A program made the position numbers and the translations under genes. DNA of 63,448 nucleotides, counting the filler, from Octopus bimaculoides (lineage: Eukaryota), in NCBI RefSeq assembly GCF_001194135.2. It is 5 parts of 5 records of this genome, joined end to end, with 100 filler letters (N's around TTAATTAATTAA, not from the genome) between each part and the next. Parts side by side here need not be neighbours in the genome. Positions count along the whole stretch, not along the records: positions 1 to 28,365 come from NC_068982.1; 4 more parts are not named here. The stretch is one strand, 5' to 3'. Below the pieces are notes generated by a model, which worked only from the letters and a program-made list of their open reading frames with translations, did no database searches and was not told the DNA's origin. Of the stretch, positions 11,346 through 24,615 are shown piece after piece (position 1 is the stretch's first letter; every line of letters begins with the position of its first letter).

Positions 11346-12249
11346 TCTCCAGTTCAACTTATCACTAAACGTGTCCCACTCATGGTTATTCCTCTGAAAC
11401 AAAATTAATCTTTTCTACTTTTCTCAGATAGTAAATTACAATTTGAAGAGATTTGGTTGCTATTTCTAACTGGGTGAACACCTGTGAAGAGGCTCTCTCA
11501 TTTTCTCATAAAGACTATTGTTCAATGACCTGGATACTGACGTTTTTACTCTATATCTCCATACTAACATATAATGGGAGACAGTGTCAATGGCCAGGTA
11601 GTAAATGTGTTATTATACAATAATAATAAACTGAAATATAACAGCATATTGGGTACAACGCCTTTACTTACGACATTATTGTTTTAGCTCTGAACTAGCG
11701 ACTTGCCAAACAACTGCATACCTGTGTGTGCATGTTTGGTGTCTGTTTTTGTGTCCCTGTTTGTACCCCACCACTACTTGACAAAAGAGACTGATAGAAT
11801 AATTACCAGACTTAAAAAAAGTGGGTGTTGGGGGGGGGGGTCAATTCCTTTGACTAAAATTCTTCAAGGCAGTGCTTCAGTATGGCAACATTTTAACAAC
11901 TGAAACAATTACAAAAGATGCAGACACACACACACATATGCACACACATGTATATATAAATATAATGAGTCTACCCCTCAAATTTGTCACCATCAACCTC
12001 TCCATCTCATGAATGTCAATGTCAAATTCATCATTATCAACCTTAATTTTGTTATCCTAAGTCTCCATTCATTGTCGTTTATCTCAATTTGGCCTTCGTC
12101 AACTTCAATGTCATCACTGTAGAATGCAACCATATTTTCTTTTACTTATTATTTTTTATGAATAAACATTGACAGTGCAAAATAAGCACATGCTTAGAAC
12201 ATCAAGGGAAGGAGGGGGCACCACAGAAATAGTAAATGGCTTACGGCAC

Positions 12250-12577
12250 AAAAGAAATCACTGTAAACTTGCTAAAATAATATTCGGGATGCCTTTATCT
12301 CTAAGTATAGATGCAGATGTGTTACATAAGATTAATTTTGAGGATCTGATCAAAGACTTAGCAATTCAAATAAGTAGGAGGAAACTTTTCAAATATAAAT
12401 GAAGTAGAAGTATACAAAAATACATTATTTTCCCTCTTACTGTTTTGTTTTGTTTTGAAAAATAAAAATTTATTTTATGGTTTGTTATTGTTTATATTTT
12501 GAATTACATAGTCTTTTATGGGGGCACCAAAATCTTTTAAGTGCTTAGAGCCTCGATGGGTTTTAATCCAGCCCTGC
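12250..12577 (+). mobile_element. hAT transposon 3' relic
   Basis: SLSIDADVLHKINFEDLIKDLAIQISRRK resembles the hAT C-terminal dimerisation end; terminus taatccagccctg is the reverse complement of a cagggc-type TIR. Confidence 0.65.
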
Positions 12578-12713
12578 TGACATCACAGAATAGTAAAAGA
12601 ATTAAAAAGTTTTGTAAAGGATAACAAATTTTGTATAATAAAAACCAATACAACTTACATAACCATAAATATACAAATATTTAGTACATTACCAGCAAAA
12701 CTACATACTATAT

Positions 12714-13093
12714 CGTTGGCACTCCGTTGCTTTCGATGTTGAGGGTTCCAGTTGATCCGATCAACGGAACAGCCTGCTCATGAAATTAACGTGCAAGTGG
12801 CTGAGCACTCCACAGACACGTGTACCCTTAACGTAGTTCTCGGGGATATTCAGCGTGACACAGTGTGACAAGGCTGACCCTTTGAATTACAGGTACAACA
12901 GAAACAGGAAGTAAGAGTGAGAGAAAGTTGTGGTGAAAGAGTACAGCAGGGTTCGCCACCATCTCCTGCCGGAGCCTCGTGGAGTTTTAGGTGTTTTCAC
13001 TCAATAAACACTCACAACGCCCGGTCTGGGAATCGAAATCGTGATCCTATGACCGCGAGTCCACTGCCCTAACCACTGGGCCATTGCGCCTCC
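12714..13093 (-). mobile_element. Full-length young tRNA-derived SINE with 11-bp TSD
   Basis: Head gtggaggcgcaatggcccagtggttaggg...ttcgattccc; TSD acatactatat 12703-12713 and 13094-13104; second copy at 61697-61975. Confidence 0.9.
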
Positions 13094-13228
13094 ACATACT
13101 ATATGACAAAGACAAAAATAAACACTATATGTGTTACCTTTTATTTATTATTCTCGTTTCTTAACTTTCTTGACGTATTCCTAAAATTCAGCACAAGTCA
13201 ACTCAGTGTTGATCAATATATGTATTTC

Positions 13229-13555
13229 ATCATTATCATTGTCATTATCATTTGATATCTGATTTCCATGCTGGCATGGATTGGATGGTTTGGTTAGAGT
13301 TGGCAAGCTGGAGAGCTGCACCTGGTTCCAGTTGTGCGTTTTGGTTTGGTTTCTACAGCTGGATGCCCTTCCTAATGCCCACCACTTTACAGAATATACT
13401 GGGTTTTTCTTTTTACACAGCACTGGCGCAGGTGTTTTTTATGTGACACTGGAACAGGTGCTTTTTATGCGACACTGGCACAGGTGCCTTTTACATGGCA
13501 CAGGTACTTTTTACATGGCACTGGCACAGGTGCTTTTTATGTGGCACCAACACCG
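13229..13555 (-). mobile_element. RTE-derived 3' repeat
   Basis: Homology to 1-190, with internal ggcacaggtgctttt tandem units. Confidence 0.75.
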
Positions 13556-13716
13556 ACAGGGTCACTGACTAACTTGCAAGACAAAAATCCATTCAGCTGG
13601 GAGGGGAGCATTAACCAAGATGGTTTAGGATATCAATTCTGCTGTGATGGACAGGTCTTCTTGAGTACAGCAAGGTGCCACATATCTTGATCCTTTGTCG
13701 TCTTCTTTGTAAGGCT

Positions 13717-13880
13717 AGGTGTAGGAGTGGCTGTGTGGTAAGTAGCTTGCTTACGAACTACATGGTTCCGGGTTCAGTCCCACTGCGTGGTACCTTGGGC
13801 AAGTGTCTTCTACTATAGCCTCAGGCCGACCAAAGCCTTGTGCGTGGATTTGGTAGACGGAAACTGAAAGAAGCCCATCA

Positions 13881-13924
<44 letters not shown>

Positions 13925-14400
13925 TGTGTATTTCTTCTATCTTAATGAATAAAAATTCTTCTGATAGAATAAATGGGTTAATAGAAACCAATGTAGCAAA
14001 GAACACAAAATAACTGTGGTTTAGTTCCTGTTTTTAAGGCAGGAACTCCTTGAAATTTTGGGTATTTGAGTATATTTAAGAATTTAAGGATTGGAGAAAA
14101 CGCATGTTATAAGTATGCAATTATAACATGCGTTTTCTCCAATCCTTAAATTCTGATATATATATATGTATGTGTGTGTATATGTTTGTGTGTCTGTGTT
14201 TGTCACCCCAACATCACTTGACAACCAATGCTGGTGTGATTACGTCCCCGTAACTTAGTGGTTCGGCAAAAGAGACCGATGGAATAAGTACTAGGCTTAC
14301 AAAGAATAAGTCCTGGGGTCGATTTGCTCGACTAAAGGCGGTGCTCCAGCAAGGCCACAGTCAAACGACTGAAACAAGTAAAAGAGTAAAGAGTAAAAGA
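13717..14400 (+). mobile_element. CORE-like SINE interrupted by a ~235-bp insertion in its central microsatellite
   Basis: 5' half 13717-13878, 3' half 14168-14400. Confidence 0.85.
14080..14153. repeat. Perfect 33-bp inverted repeat with 8-nt loop
   Basis: Arms 14080-14112 and 14121-14153 are exact reverse complements. Confidence 0.95.
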
Positions 14401-15142
14401 GAGTATTAATCAACACCAGGCTGACTTTGATTACTGGAAATGATTGGGCCGGATTTAAGAGAATTAAGAAATAAGTTGGCATTATGGCAAATGTGTTTGG
14501 TTGTATAGGTTTGTTGTATTGGTCAGTAATGACTGGTTTAGAAGAGAAAGAATGAACAGCAGCAAATAAAAGTAGAAAAAAGAGAAAAAACACGAGGAAA
14601 AGACGAAAATAAAGAAATGCTTAACTAAACATAAGAAAAAAAAAATGAAGAAAAATTGGAGAGAAGTCAAAAAGTAGATGTGATTTGAAAAGGATTACCA
14701 TATTTCATATTCTATAATGATAAGCATGCTGAGATTGGCAGTCACTAATTATTGTGATTAATTTCCAAAATGCTTAATAATAATTTAATCTGATTAAGTG
14801 CAATATTTTCATTTGCTATTGGTAAGGTTTGTGCAATAAAGAACACTTGCCAGTAAAACCCATGTTTTACTGCTGATGATCGTGAAGAGATGGAAGACAA
14901 AAGATAGTTATATATGCATGTGTATAAAGCTGTGTGTCTTCCCAAACACACACACACATGTATGTATATATATGTACACACTTTAGCTGTGGGTTAAGGC
15001 TACCATTGGTTTCATGCTGATGGGAATCCCTTAACAATTATCAAGTCTATCACATGGAACATCAGTGTTTATCTCCACAAAATGGAGATGAGCACTGATG
15101 TTCCATGTGATTGCAATCATTCTTATTGTTCAATATGAATGT

Positions 15143-15520
15143 ATCATCATCATCATCATGATCATTTAACATCCGTTGTCCATGCTGACATGGGTTGGAT
15201 GGTTTGACCAAAGCTGATAAGCTGAGGGGCTGTACCAGACTCCAGCCTGATTTGGCATAGTTTCTATGGTTGGATGCCCTTCCTAATGCCAACCACCATG
15301 AGAGTGTAATGGGTGCTTTTGAGTGCCACCAGCATGGGTGCCAGTTGTGTGACACCTGTATCTGCCATGGCTACAATTTCACTTGGTTTGATAAGTCTTG
15401 TTGTCAAGCACAGCTTATTGCCAAAGATCTTGGTCATTTGTGGTTGCCTCCATGAGGCCCAATGCTTGGAAGATGCTTTTTATGTGCCACCAGCACAGGT
15501 GCTACTTATGTGACACCTGC
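15143..15520 (-). mobile_element. RTE-derived 3' repeat with terminal codons
   Basis: Homology to 48290-48880. Confidence 0.75.
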
Positions 15521-15881
15521 ATCAGCTACATATATTTATATATTTGTCCACTCACGTGTGTGTGTGTGTGTGTGTGTAAACCACATAAAAAGTACCCAAT
15601 ATATTCTATAAAATGGTTGGCATTAGATAGACATCCAGCTGTTGAAATCAAAGCAAAATAGTCTATGGAACCTTGTATGGTCCCTGGCCTTGCCAGCTAC
15701 TATCATGCTGTCCAGCATGGATAACAGACATTAAATGATAATGATGATGCTAAAGATGCTGGTTACGGCCAGTCAGAAAGTTACCTTTGGTTTCCCATTT
15801 GTTATTGCTCTTAGCGATATTGGTGAGTTGTCCAACCTGCTGGCTGGAGACACATGACAAGTGACCAATTATGTATTTATA

Positions 15882-16268
15882 TACTCTTTTACTCTTTTAC
15901 TTGTTTCAGTCATTTGACTGTGGCCATGCTGGAGCACCGCCTTTAGTCGAACAAATCGACCCTAGGACTTATTCTTTGTAAGCCTAGTACTTATTCTATC
16001 AGTCTCTTTTGCTGAACCGCTAAGTTACGGGGATGTAAACACACCAGCATCGGTTGTCATGCGATGGTGGGGGGACAAACACAGACACACATACATACAT
16101 ATATATATATATTATATATATAAGACGGGCTTCTTTCAGTTTCCGTCTACCAAACCCACACACAAGGCTTTGGTCGGCCTGAGGTTATAGTAGAAGACAC
16201 TTGCCCAAGGTGCCACGCAGTGGGACTGAACCTGGAACCATGTGGTTGGTAAGCAAGCTACTTACCAC
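15882..16268 (-). mobile_element. Near full-length CORE-like SINE
   Basis: Near-identical to 6958-7361. Confidence 0.9.
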
Positions 16269-17460
16269 GGTGCAGACATGGATGAGGTGTATGTATAAGA
16301 AGTTTACTTTGCAAGTAATTTGGTACATGGGAACTGTAGAAATCCCATTGTGTATGTGCTTATCACTGCAAGTCATATGATGTTTAAATTCTTTGTTGAC
16401 ATTATGACTAATTTCTCTGCATTTTGAAAAACCTGTAGAATAGAAAATCCTATACTTGAAAAACGGGTAAGTGCTGGTGATAGGAAGAGCACCAAGTTAT
16501 AAAATCCTGTCTCAAATAAGTCACCATCCAGCCCATGCTAACATGAAAAATGTCCAACACAAGCTAGCATAGAAAAACAAACATAATAGGAATGAAGAAA
16601 ATATATGAAGGAGCATGACCTACTAATTAGGGTGCTGGGCTCACGATCATAGTGCTCAATTCTTGGAATAATGATTTATCCTTAATAACGGTGCTTTATT
16701 ACATGTTTCATGAGTCTACTCAGCTGAGATAAGTACAAGCCTACAGAAAGTTGTAGAAAATCTGCCTCAACAAATTCCATGAAAGCATAGAAAAGGGATG
16801 TTAAAGTGATGATGATGATTCATGTGTATATGTATGTCTCAGGTTTCCATACAACTTACTCACAACAAGGAATTGGTTACAGCAGTAGACACTTGTCTAA
16901 GGTGTCATGCAGTGAGATGTAATTTGAAACCATATGCACACAATCATGCTTCTGTATGTATGTATGTGTGTGTGTGTGTGCGTGTGATGCATGTGTATCT
17001 GTATAAGGCATTAGTACTAGTAAATGTCTTACAATATATATATCCCAATGTGGCACCTTGGGAAAGTGTAGCCTTGAGCCAACCAAAGCCTTATGAATGG
17101 ATTTGGTAAATGGAAACTGAAAGAAGTTTGTTGTATATACGTATACATATATCTATGTGTGTGTGTATTCGTGTTTGTGTTTGCCCCTCCACCACTGTTT
17201 GACAGCCAGTCCCCATAACCTTGCAGTTCAGCAAAAAAGCCCAATAAAATAAGTACCTGGTTTTAAAAATAAGTACTGGGGTTGATACATTTGACTGAAA
17301 ACTCAAGGCGGTGCACCAGCATGGTTACAGTTGAATGACTGAAACAAATAAAAGATATATACTTATATATATATATTTCTCACAGCTGTACTGTGAAAAA
17401 TCAGTAAGTGGTTACAGATATACATTTGTTTTTCTCAGCTGTGCTGTGAAAAATTAACAA

Positions 17461-17624
17461 AGGCGCAGGAGTGGCTGTGTGGTAAGTAGCTTGCTTACTA
17501 ACCACATGGTTCCGGGTTCAGTCCCACTGTGTGGCACCTTGGGCAAGTGTCTTCTACTATAGCCTCGGACCGACCAAAGCCTTGTAAGTGGATTTGGTAG
17601 ACGGAAACTGAAAGAAGCCTGTCG

Positions 17625-17659
<35 letters not shown>

Positions 17660-17890
17660 GTATGTGTGTGTATATGTTTGTGTGTCTGTGTTTGTCCCCC
17701 CAACATCGCTTGACAACTGATGCTGGTGTGTTTATGTCCCCATAACTTAGTGGTTTGGCAAAAGTGACCGATAGAATAAGTACTAGGCATCCAAAGAATA
17801 AGTCCTGGGGTCAATTTGCTCGACTAAAGGTGGTGCTCCAGCATGGCCGCAGTCAAATGACTGAAACAAGTAAAAGAGTAAAAGAGTAAA
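17461..17890 (+). mobile_element. Full-length CORE-like SINE
   Basis: aggcgcaggagtggctgtgtgg head to aaaagagtaaa tail. Confidence 0.92.
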
Positions 17891-19359
17891 GTGGCAACAC
17901 TGTTAGTTTTATTTTTCTGCTGGTAGGTTAAATAGATTCAGCTGGACCAGTTTCTAGTAATGTTAAACTTTCACCAGAAAAAGAACTATCATCTGTCCAA
18001 GAGAGTCAGTAGTGTGTAGCTATTTATATTGTACATAAAGAAGGACAGCTAAGGTGGTCAGTCTAATTTGTGAAATAGCGCATAAGGTGTAATGGCTCAT
18101 TTCATTTACTCCTAGTATTACAATAGTATATATATTACTGTATTATTGTATTATTTCAAATGTAAGTTATACCTTCTTCCTACATTAGCTATGAAGTGTC
18201 AGCTAGTAACTGAACCCACAGCTACTGGGTGACACCCTAATACATAACCATTATGTAACAAATTTTCAGACACACCCTGTAAATGCATTCATACCAGTCC
18301 CATAATATCTCCGCTGTGTTAGGCCAAGTATCCTATCTGGCAGTTTAACAGATTATTTACTGATTCTAGTTGCTGTTGGTGGTGTTTAGGCCCAGGTCAG
18401 TCCTGGTCCAGCAAACCAATGATCAAAAGTATTCGAGTAACTACATTATCCAATGAGTCCTTCCTATTTGTAAGACTGTACAGTGTGATTTCAGCAAAAT
18501 TTGGCAGCTATTTTAGCAGGTTGAGCAACTACAAAAACATCCCTCTCATAGGCTGATTCTAGTTGTAGTCTAGGGCACAGTTTGTACTGTTATTTACATG
18601 CATTCTGGCCACAAATACATATTTTTGTTACACTATGTTATGTACAAGGTGCATGCATAGCCTATACTGTAACGTAATATTATGAACTTCTTTCTTGTAT
18701 ACTACGCATAAGACCATCTCCCCATTGCCTATTTGATAGTAGTTGTGACTTTCATTGCCAATAACTAATAGATCAAACTTGGACGCCAAAATTTCTAGAT
18801 TTTCTTAAATGAGTTTCAAATTTCTCCCTGAATTGTTCCATTGCTTCCACTGTTATCAACACAGAGAAAGTCTCTAGGGTGTCTGCACTCATAATTAAAC
18901 AGCAAGAGATTTCAGGAGTAGTAATTTAAAAACAGTAGGCTCAGTATGAGATTATTTGCAAAGACCTCATTGAATCCCAAATCATTGTGTGCATACATGT
19001 ATGTGTTTTTTTATGCATGTAAATATATATATGTATGTATGTATGTATGTATGGGTACACACACACTCATAGAAAAATATAGATACATTCATATATGCAT
19101 ATATATTATTATAAACATGCACACACATATACATTTGAGTTCTCTTTATCCCATTTGTAAAACAAATATACTCTTCCTTCCTTTCTCTGTCTATACATAC
19201 ATATGTACACATGCATGTGTGTGTTTGTGTGTATATATATATATATATATGTACGTATGTATATATATATATGTATATATATATGTATATATAAGTACAT
19301 ATATATGTGTATATAAATATATATACATATATATGTATGCGTATATATATATATATATA

Positions 19360-19467
<108 letters not shown>

Positions 19468-19469
19468 CA

Positions 19470-19875
19470 TACACTTTTCCATGCTTGCATGGGTCAGACA
19501 AAATTTGTTGAGGCAGATTTTTCTGAAGCTGAATGTCCCACCTACTGCCAGTTCTCACCTATTTCCAAGTAAAGAAATATTTTCTGTGGCCAAACATGTT
19601 TTTTCATGAAACACTGGAAATGAACAACACTGCTTGTATGACAGCGATGCTTGTTTACAGCCACCAATGATGTCAAGACAAGAGTGTGACCAAACACACA
19701 CATACATATGACAGGCTTCTTTCAGTTCCTGTCTACCAAATCTACTCACAAAGCTTTGGTCAGCTGAGACTAGAGTAAAATCCAATTCTCCACAGTGCTG
19801 TATTGTGAGATTGAATCTGAGACCGCATGGTTGGGAAGCAAGGTTCTTAATCACACAGTGAAACCTGTGTGCAAG
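19470..19875 (-). mobile_element. CORE-like SINE variant with RTE-type tail
   Basis: Same layout as 3140-3570. Confidence 0.65.
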
Positions 19876-20137
19876 TAAATAATATATATATATATATATA
19901 CACACACACAAATGTATGTATGCATTGAATTTCTAAATTACAGTTATTTGTTCGTATCTTTAAACACTTTGATGCATATTCCATCAAAAGTACATTTACA
20001 GCAGAAGTGAGCTAGAACATTAAAACTTAGTGTGCATGCACAGCAGAGGCCAAGGTCAATTTTTGCCAAGTGGCATCACTCTGCATGCTTTAGCTTCGTT
20101 ACTGTGGCAACAGTCCAGATACTTATTGAGCAGACCT

Positions 20138-20193
<56 letters not shown>

Positions 20194-20799
20194 CACACAT
20201 ATATATGTGTATGTGTACATATATGAACTTTTGATGGAATATGCATCAAAATGTTAAAGATGCAAGCAAGGTTCCTGCACTTTCAATGTGTGAACACATG
20301 AAAACCAGTGAAATAACAATACCTTACTTGAAAAACAGGCAATGGTTGATAACAGAATTCTATTCCATAGAATACTGCCTTAATAAGTCTCTTATAGCTA
20401 ATGCCAGCATGAAAAAAATGAACATAAAAACAATAATGAGGATGATGGCAATGATGATGATGGCAATGATGATGATGGTGATTGCTTATATGGTGAAATC
20501 GTTAAATATTTTACCCATTATTTTTATTCATGAGTGCATGCATATGCATAAATTGTTTTGTTTTCTATCATTGTAGAGTTTCCTTGGTTGAAAGATTTCA
20601 CTGAGCTGGGCAGTGAAGTCTATGGATAGACTGATAGAAAATGAAAACTTGAATTGCATCAGATGTACTGAAACAGTTAGCAACACAATCAGCAGACAAT
20701 TGAAGGGGGCTGAGATGGTGACACTTGAGAAGCAGTAGATAAGTTCTGCAAGCTAAGGGATATATATATACAATACTTGAACTGGGAGATAGTGAAAGT

Positions 20800-21150
20800 A
20801 TAGTGGTTAGAATGTGAAAAGGGTTGAGAAAGTTGACGGCTCTGTTGGAAATAAAAACTTTCTCTTTTGGTATAAAAGGTTGTTTTTAGAGAGGCACATG
20901 TAAAAGAATATGGAAGCTAAGGTGTGAAGAGTGTTGACAAGGTTGAAAAAATTGGTATATATGTTGGATATAAAAGCTCTCTCTTTCAGTACAAAAGGCT
21001 GTCTCTAATGAGACATATAAAAGAAGAAAGTAAGGTTGCTAAGGTATGAACAGGGTAGAAGGAAACAAGCTGAAAGAGCTGAGAGCTCTGATGATATAAA
21101 GACTTTGTTTTTCAGTACAAAAGGTTTGCCTCTTACGGGCACATATAATG
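20800..21150. repeat. Degenerate tandem repeat, ~119-126 bp unit, 3 copies
   Basis: Recurrent ...ctttcagtacaaaagg...cacatataa with anchors at 20871, 20990 and 21116. Confidence 0.6.
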
Positions 21151-21419
21151 ATAAATTTTAATTAAATGTAATTCATGACTGCAAATAATCTGCAACGACT
21201 AGAGATAGAATGTGCTGAGAATGCTATGTTTGGATAAGGAATATCAATTTACTGGAGAAGCTAGTGACAAATGGTTAAAGGATGTGGTTGGGCACAAGAA
21301 GTTTTAACCAATGTTTAATGACAACTGCAAACAAATGACAAGTTCAGGAAATGAAAGAAAAATAAACCGCATTCTGAAGTGGCTGTGTAATGCACATACA
21401 GCAGAGTTATCACTACCTC

Positions 21420-21700
21420 CACCATTTAACGTCTGCCTTTCATGCTGGCATGGGTGGGACAGTTTAACAGAAGCTGGTCAGGCAGAAGCCTGCATCAAAT
21501 TTCTGTGACTTTATTGGCTGGATTTTTACAGCTGGATGCTCTTCCTAACACCAACCACCCAGCAGAGTGGTCTTAGTGCTTTTTACGTGGCACAAACACA
21601 GGTGAGGTAAGTTTTGGCAAGGTCTTTACAGCTGAATGCCCTTCCAATTGCCAACCATTTTACAGTGTGGCCTGGATGCTTTTTAAGTGGCGCCTGCACT
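21420..21700 (-). mobile_element. RTE-derived 3' repeat
   Basis: Homology to 1-190, with internal duplication. Confidence 0.7.
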
Positions 21701-23010
21701 GACAGGGTCACCAAATAACTTCCAAGGCAAAAATCTTTTGAGAGAGGAGGGGACATTGGAGGAGGTGATCTTGTACAGATGAAAAAAGTTATAGTGAGAG
21801 AGAGAGAGAGAGAGAGAAATGGGTGTCTTGCTGTGAGAAGGTACAAGGTTAGACTCTTAAATATGTTTGGAATGATGTAAGTCAAGTTATGTTTGAAAAT
21901 ATTTGACTCAGTAGCTAGACAATATTGAAATGAAAAATGAGACAGTGTTTTAATGTAAAGAAAGATGCTATATTGGATAATATTAAATGGTAGAAAACAA
22001 TTTTTGATAATACATATTTCTTTGACATCTATGGCAGAAATGTTGCTAAGATAAATTCTTGACAAATCAAGTCTACAACTAATCCACCTAATCTAGCTTT
22101 GATTTCTTGTTAGAATAGTTCAAATGCATCAACTGCATTTAATATAATAATTTCTGGATGTGTTTTTCTTAGCATATGTATTGAAACTGAACCAACTACA
22201 TCAAAAAAGAATCATTTTAGCCATTTAAGAACACACACACACACACACACACACACATGCACACGCACACAGAGTTACATTCATGTTCATTTATTTCTTA
22301 GTAATACTATTAAATAATTTAATATGTATTAATTATGTTTCATTTTGCTATATAGTTTGCAGAATTAATGATGTGAATTCATGTGTTGAATCAAATGTGT
22401 TCTGGGAGGGTCATTACATCAATAATAACTAAAATAAACACATCCACTGGTTTAATACTACTTCTTTATTTTATCAACAAACAATCCAATCGTTTGTTTA
22501 ATGCAATCAATTAATTGTTAGTTTTCTTTAGCAGAGTCTGTTTATCACTATTCATGGCCTCATTAATGACATGCCTCCACTGAATCTGTGAAGTGGAATT
22601 ATGTCAAAGTTCAGGCCACAGATGAGCAATGAAACTTTTTGAAACTTCATAATAGACACTCTTTCCAAATCCTGCTGCATTTCATATGGACTTTTTGGTC
22701 CTTTAAAGTCATATTAGTATGTAAGTTGATCCACCTTTTTTGCTTGTAAAATTTGATTCATTTGCCAGTAAATATGGTACCTTCTGATATGGAATTATGC
22801 TTCTTTACTCCAAGGTGGACTTAGCCATTCAACATATTAGAAATTGATGAAATTTTGAACCTGGGTTCTCATTCCTATGGTATTTTTCATCGTTGTTATT
22901 ATTATTATTCAGGTCACTGCCTGGGATTGAACTCGGAATCTTGGGGTTAGTAGCCTGCGCTCTTAACTACTACGCCATAAATCTAATATTCTCCTATCTC
23001 CACTTCAATT

Positions 23011-23532
23011 ATGAAGAAAAGAGAGAATGAAACCAATAAACTGTCCACAGTCTGTCTACCCTATGTGAAAGGCCTCTCTGAAAAGATACAAAAGATATGC
23101 GGCCCATATGACATCAGGACAGTATTCAAAAGTAATACAAAACTTAGCAAATACCTCCTTCAAGTAAAACCACCAATAGAAGAGAATATGACCAAAGACT
23201 GCATGTACTCCATCCCATGTAGCTGTGGTAGGTTATACAAAGGTGAAACATGTCACTCCCTCAAAATAAGGGTAGAGGAACATCGCAAAGCTGTGACACA
23301 GGGAGATATTGATAAATCGGGTATAGCTGATCATGTATGGAAAAATGGAGACCATCTCCCCTTGTGGAATGAAGTTAAAATAATAGACAGAGAACACCAC
23401 TGGAAAATTCGAAAACTAAAAGAAGCAGCACAAATGCTAGGACAAAATAACCTCGTAAGCAGACCGAGTGCAGATATGAAGAGCATATGGGAACCGGTAT
23501 TAAGGAAGGATAGGAGAATATTAGATTTATAA
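23011..23532 (+). CDS. Penelope-like element C-terminal region / GIY-YIG endonuclease (5' truncated, 173 aa)
   Basis: LPYV...YSIPCSCGRLYKGET..SLKIRVEEH...S.IADH....H...W.EVKII.RE...RKLKEA is a Penelope-type GIY-YIG signature; uninterrupted frame. Confidence 0.92.
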   Translation: MKKRENETNKLSTVCLPYVKGLSEKIQKICGPYDIRTVFKSNTKLSKYLLQVKPPIEENMTKDCMYSIPCSCGRLYKGETCHSLKIRVEEHRKAVTQGDIDKSGIADHVWKNGDHLPLWNEVKIIDREHHWKIRKLKEAAQMLGQNNLVSRPSADMKSIWEPVLRKDRRILDL

Positions 23533-23718
23533 GCCCTAAAATTCACTCCGTAATTGCCCACGGGCATATGGCGTAGTGGTTAAGAGTGCAGGCTACTAAC
23601 CCCAAGTTCGATTCCAGGCAGTGACCTGAATAATAATAATAATAATGATAATAATAATGATAATAATAATAATAACAACAACATTGAAAATGAGAACCCA
23701 GGTTCAAAATTTCCCCAA

Positions 23719-23761
23719 GACACCTGATGAAGGCTGGAGGGTATATCAGCCGAAACGTGTT
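23719..23761 (+). ncRNA. Family A hammerhead with 3-nt deletion at the cleavage site
   Basis: gacac CTGATGA a ggctg...cagcc GAAAC [gtt missing] gtgtt. Confidence 0.75.
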
Positions 23762-24483
23762 AACAACAAACAACATGAGGACAAATATCCGTCAAATGTA
23801 AATAATGTACATAATTCCTCATCTCTTAAATATAGNNNNNNNNNNNNNNNNNNNNNNNNNNNNNNNNNNNNNNNNNNNNNNNNNNNNNNNNNNNNNNNNN
23901 NNNNNNNNNNNNNNNNNNNNNNNNNNNNNNNNNNNNNNNNNNNNNNNNNNNNNNNNNNNNNNNNNNNNNNNNNNNNNNNNNNNNNNNNNNNNNNNNNNNN
24001 NNNNNNNNNNNNNNNNNNNNNNNNNNNNNNNNNNNNNNNNNNNNNNNNNNNNNNNNNNNNNNNNNNNNNNNNNNNNNNNNNNNNNNNNNNNNNNNNNNNN
24101 NNNNNNNNNNNNNNNNNNNNNNNNNNNNNNNNNNNNNNNNNNNNNNNNNNNNNNNNNNNNNNNNNNNNNNNNNNNNNNNNNNNNNCTAATATCCATTATT
24201 ATTGAAGTTTATTACCTATGGTCAACATTTCTGTATAAGGTTATATTTAACTGTCAATTCAAGTTAAATAAGTAAATTACCTTACACATCCTCAGGGTAA
24301 AAAGTAAAAAGTAAACACCAAAAATATAATCTCTAAGTTTTATTCATATTCAAATTCCTCCTTAAATCTCATTTAAATTATTGATATATAACCAAGGAGA
24401 TATTTTTGCTGTTGGTAACAATTAGATGTTTATCTCACCAATACATTGTGGAGATATTATTATATGAACATATATATATATAT

Positions 24484-24538
<55 letters not shown>

Positions 24539-24573
24539 NNNNNNNNNNNNNNNNNNNNNNNNNNNNNNNNNNN

Positions 24574-24615
<42 letters not shown>

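Larger units (their letters stand above)
22850..23835 (+). mobile_element. 5'-truncated Penelope-like retroelement with inverted 5' pseudo-LTR
   Basis: Inverted pLTR 22850-22997, GIY-YIG ORF, sense pLTR 23555-23835 running into a gap. Confidence 0.9.

Noticed and set aside
13920-14080. Possible mitochondrial insertion (NUMT)
   Set aside because: AT-rich only; I could not match it to any mitochondrial gene
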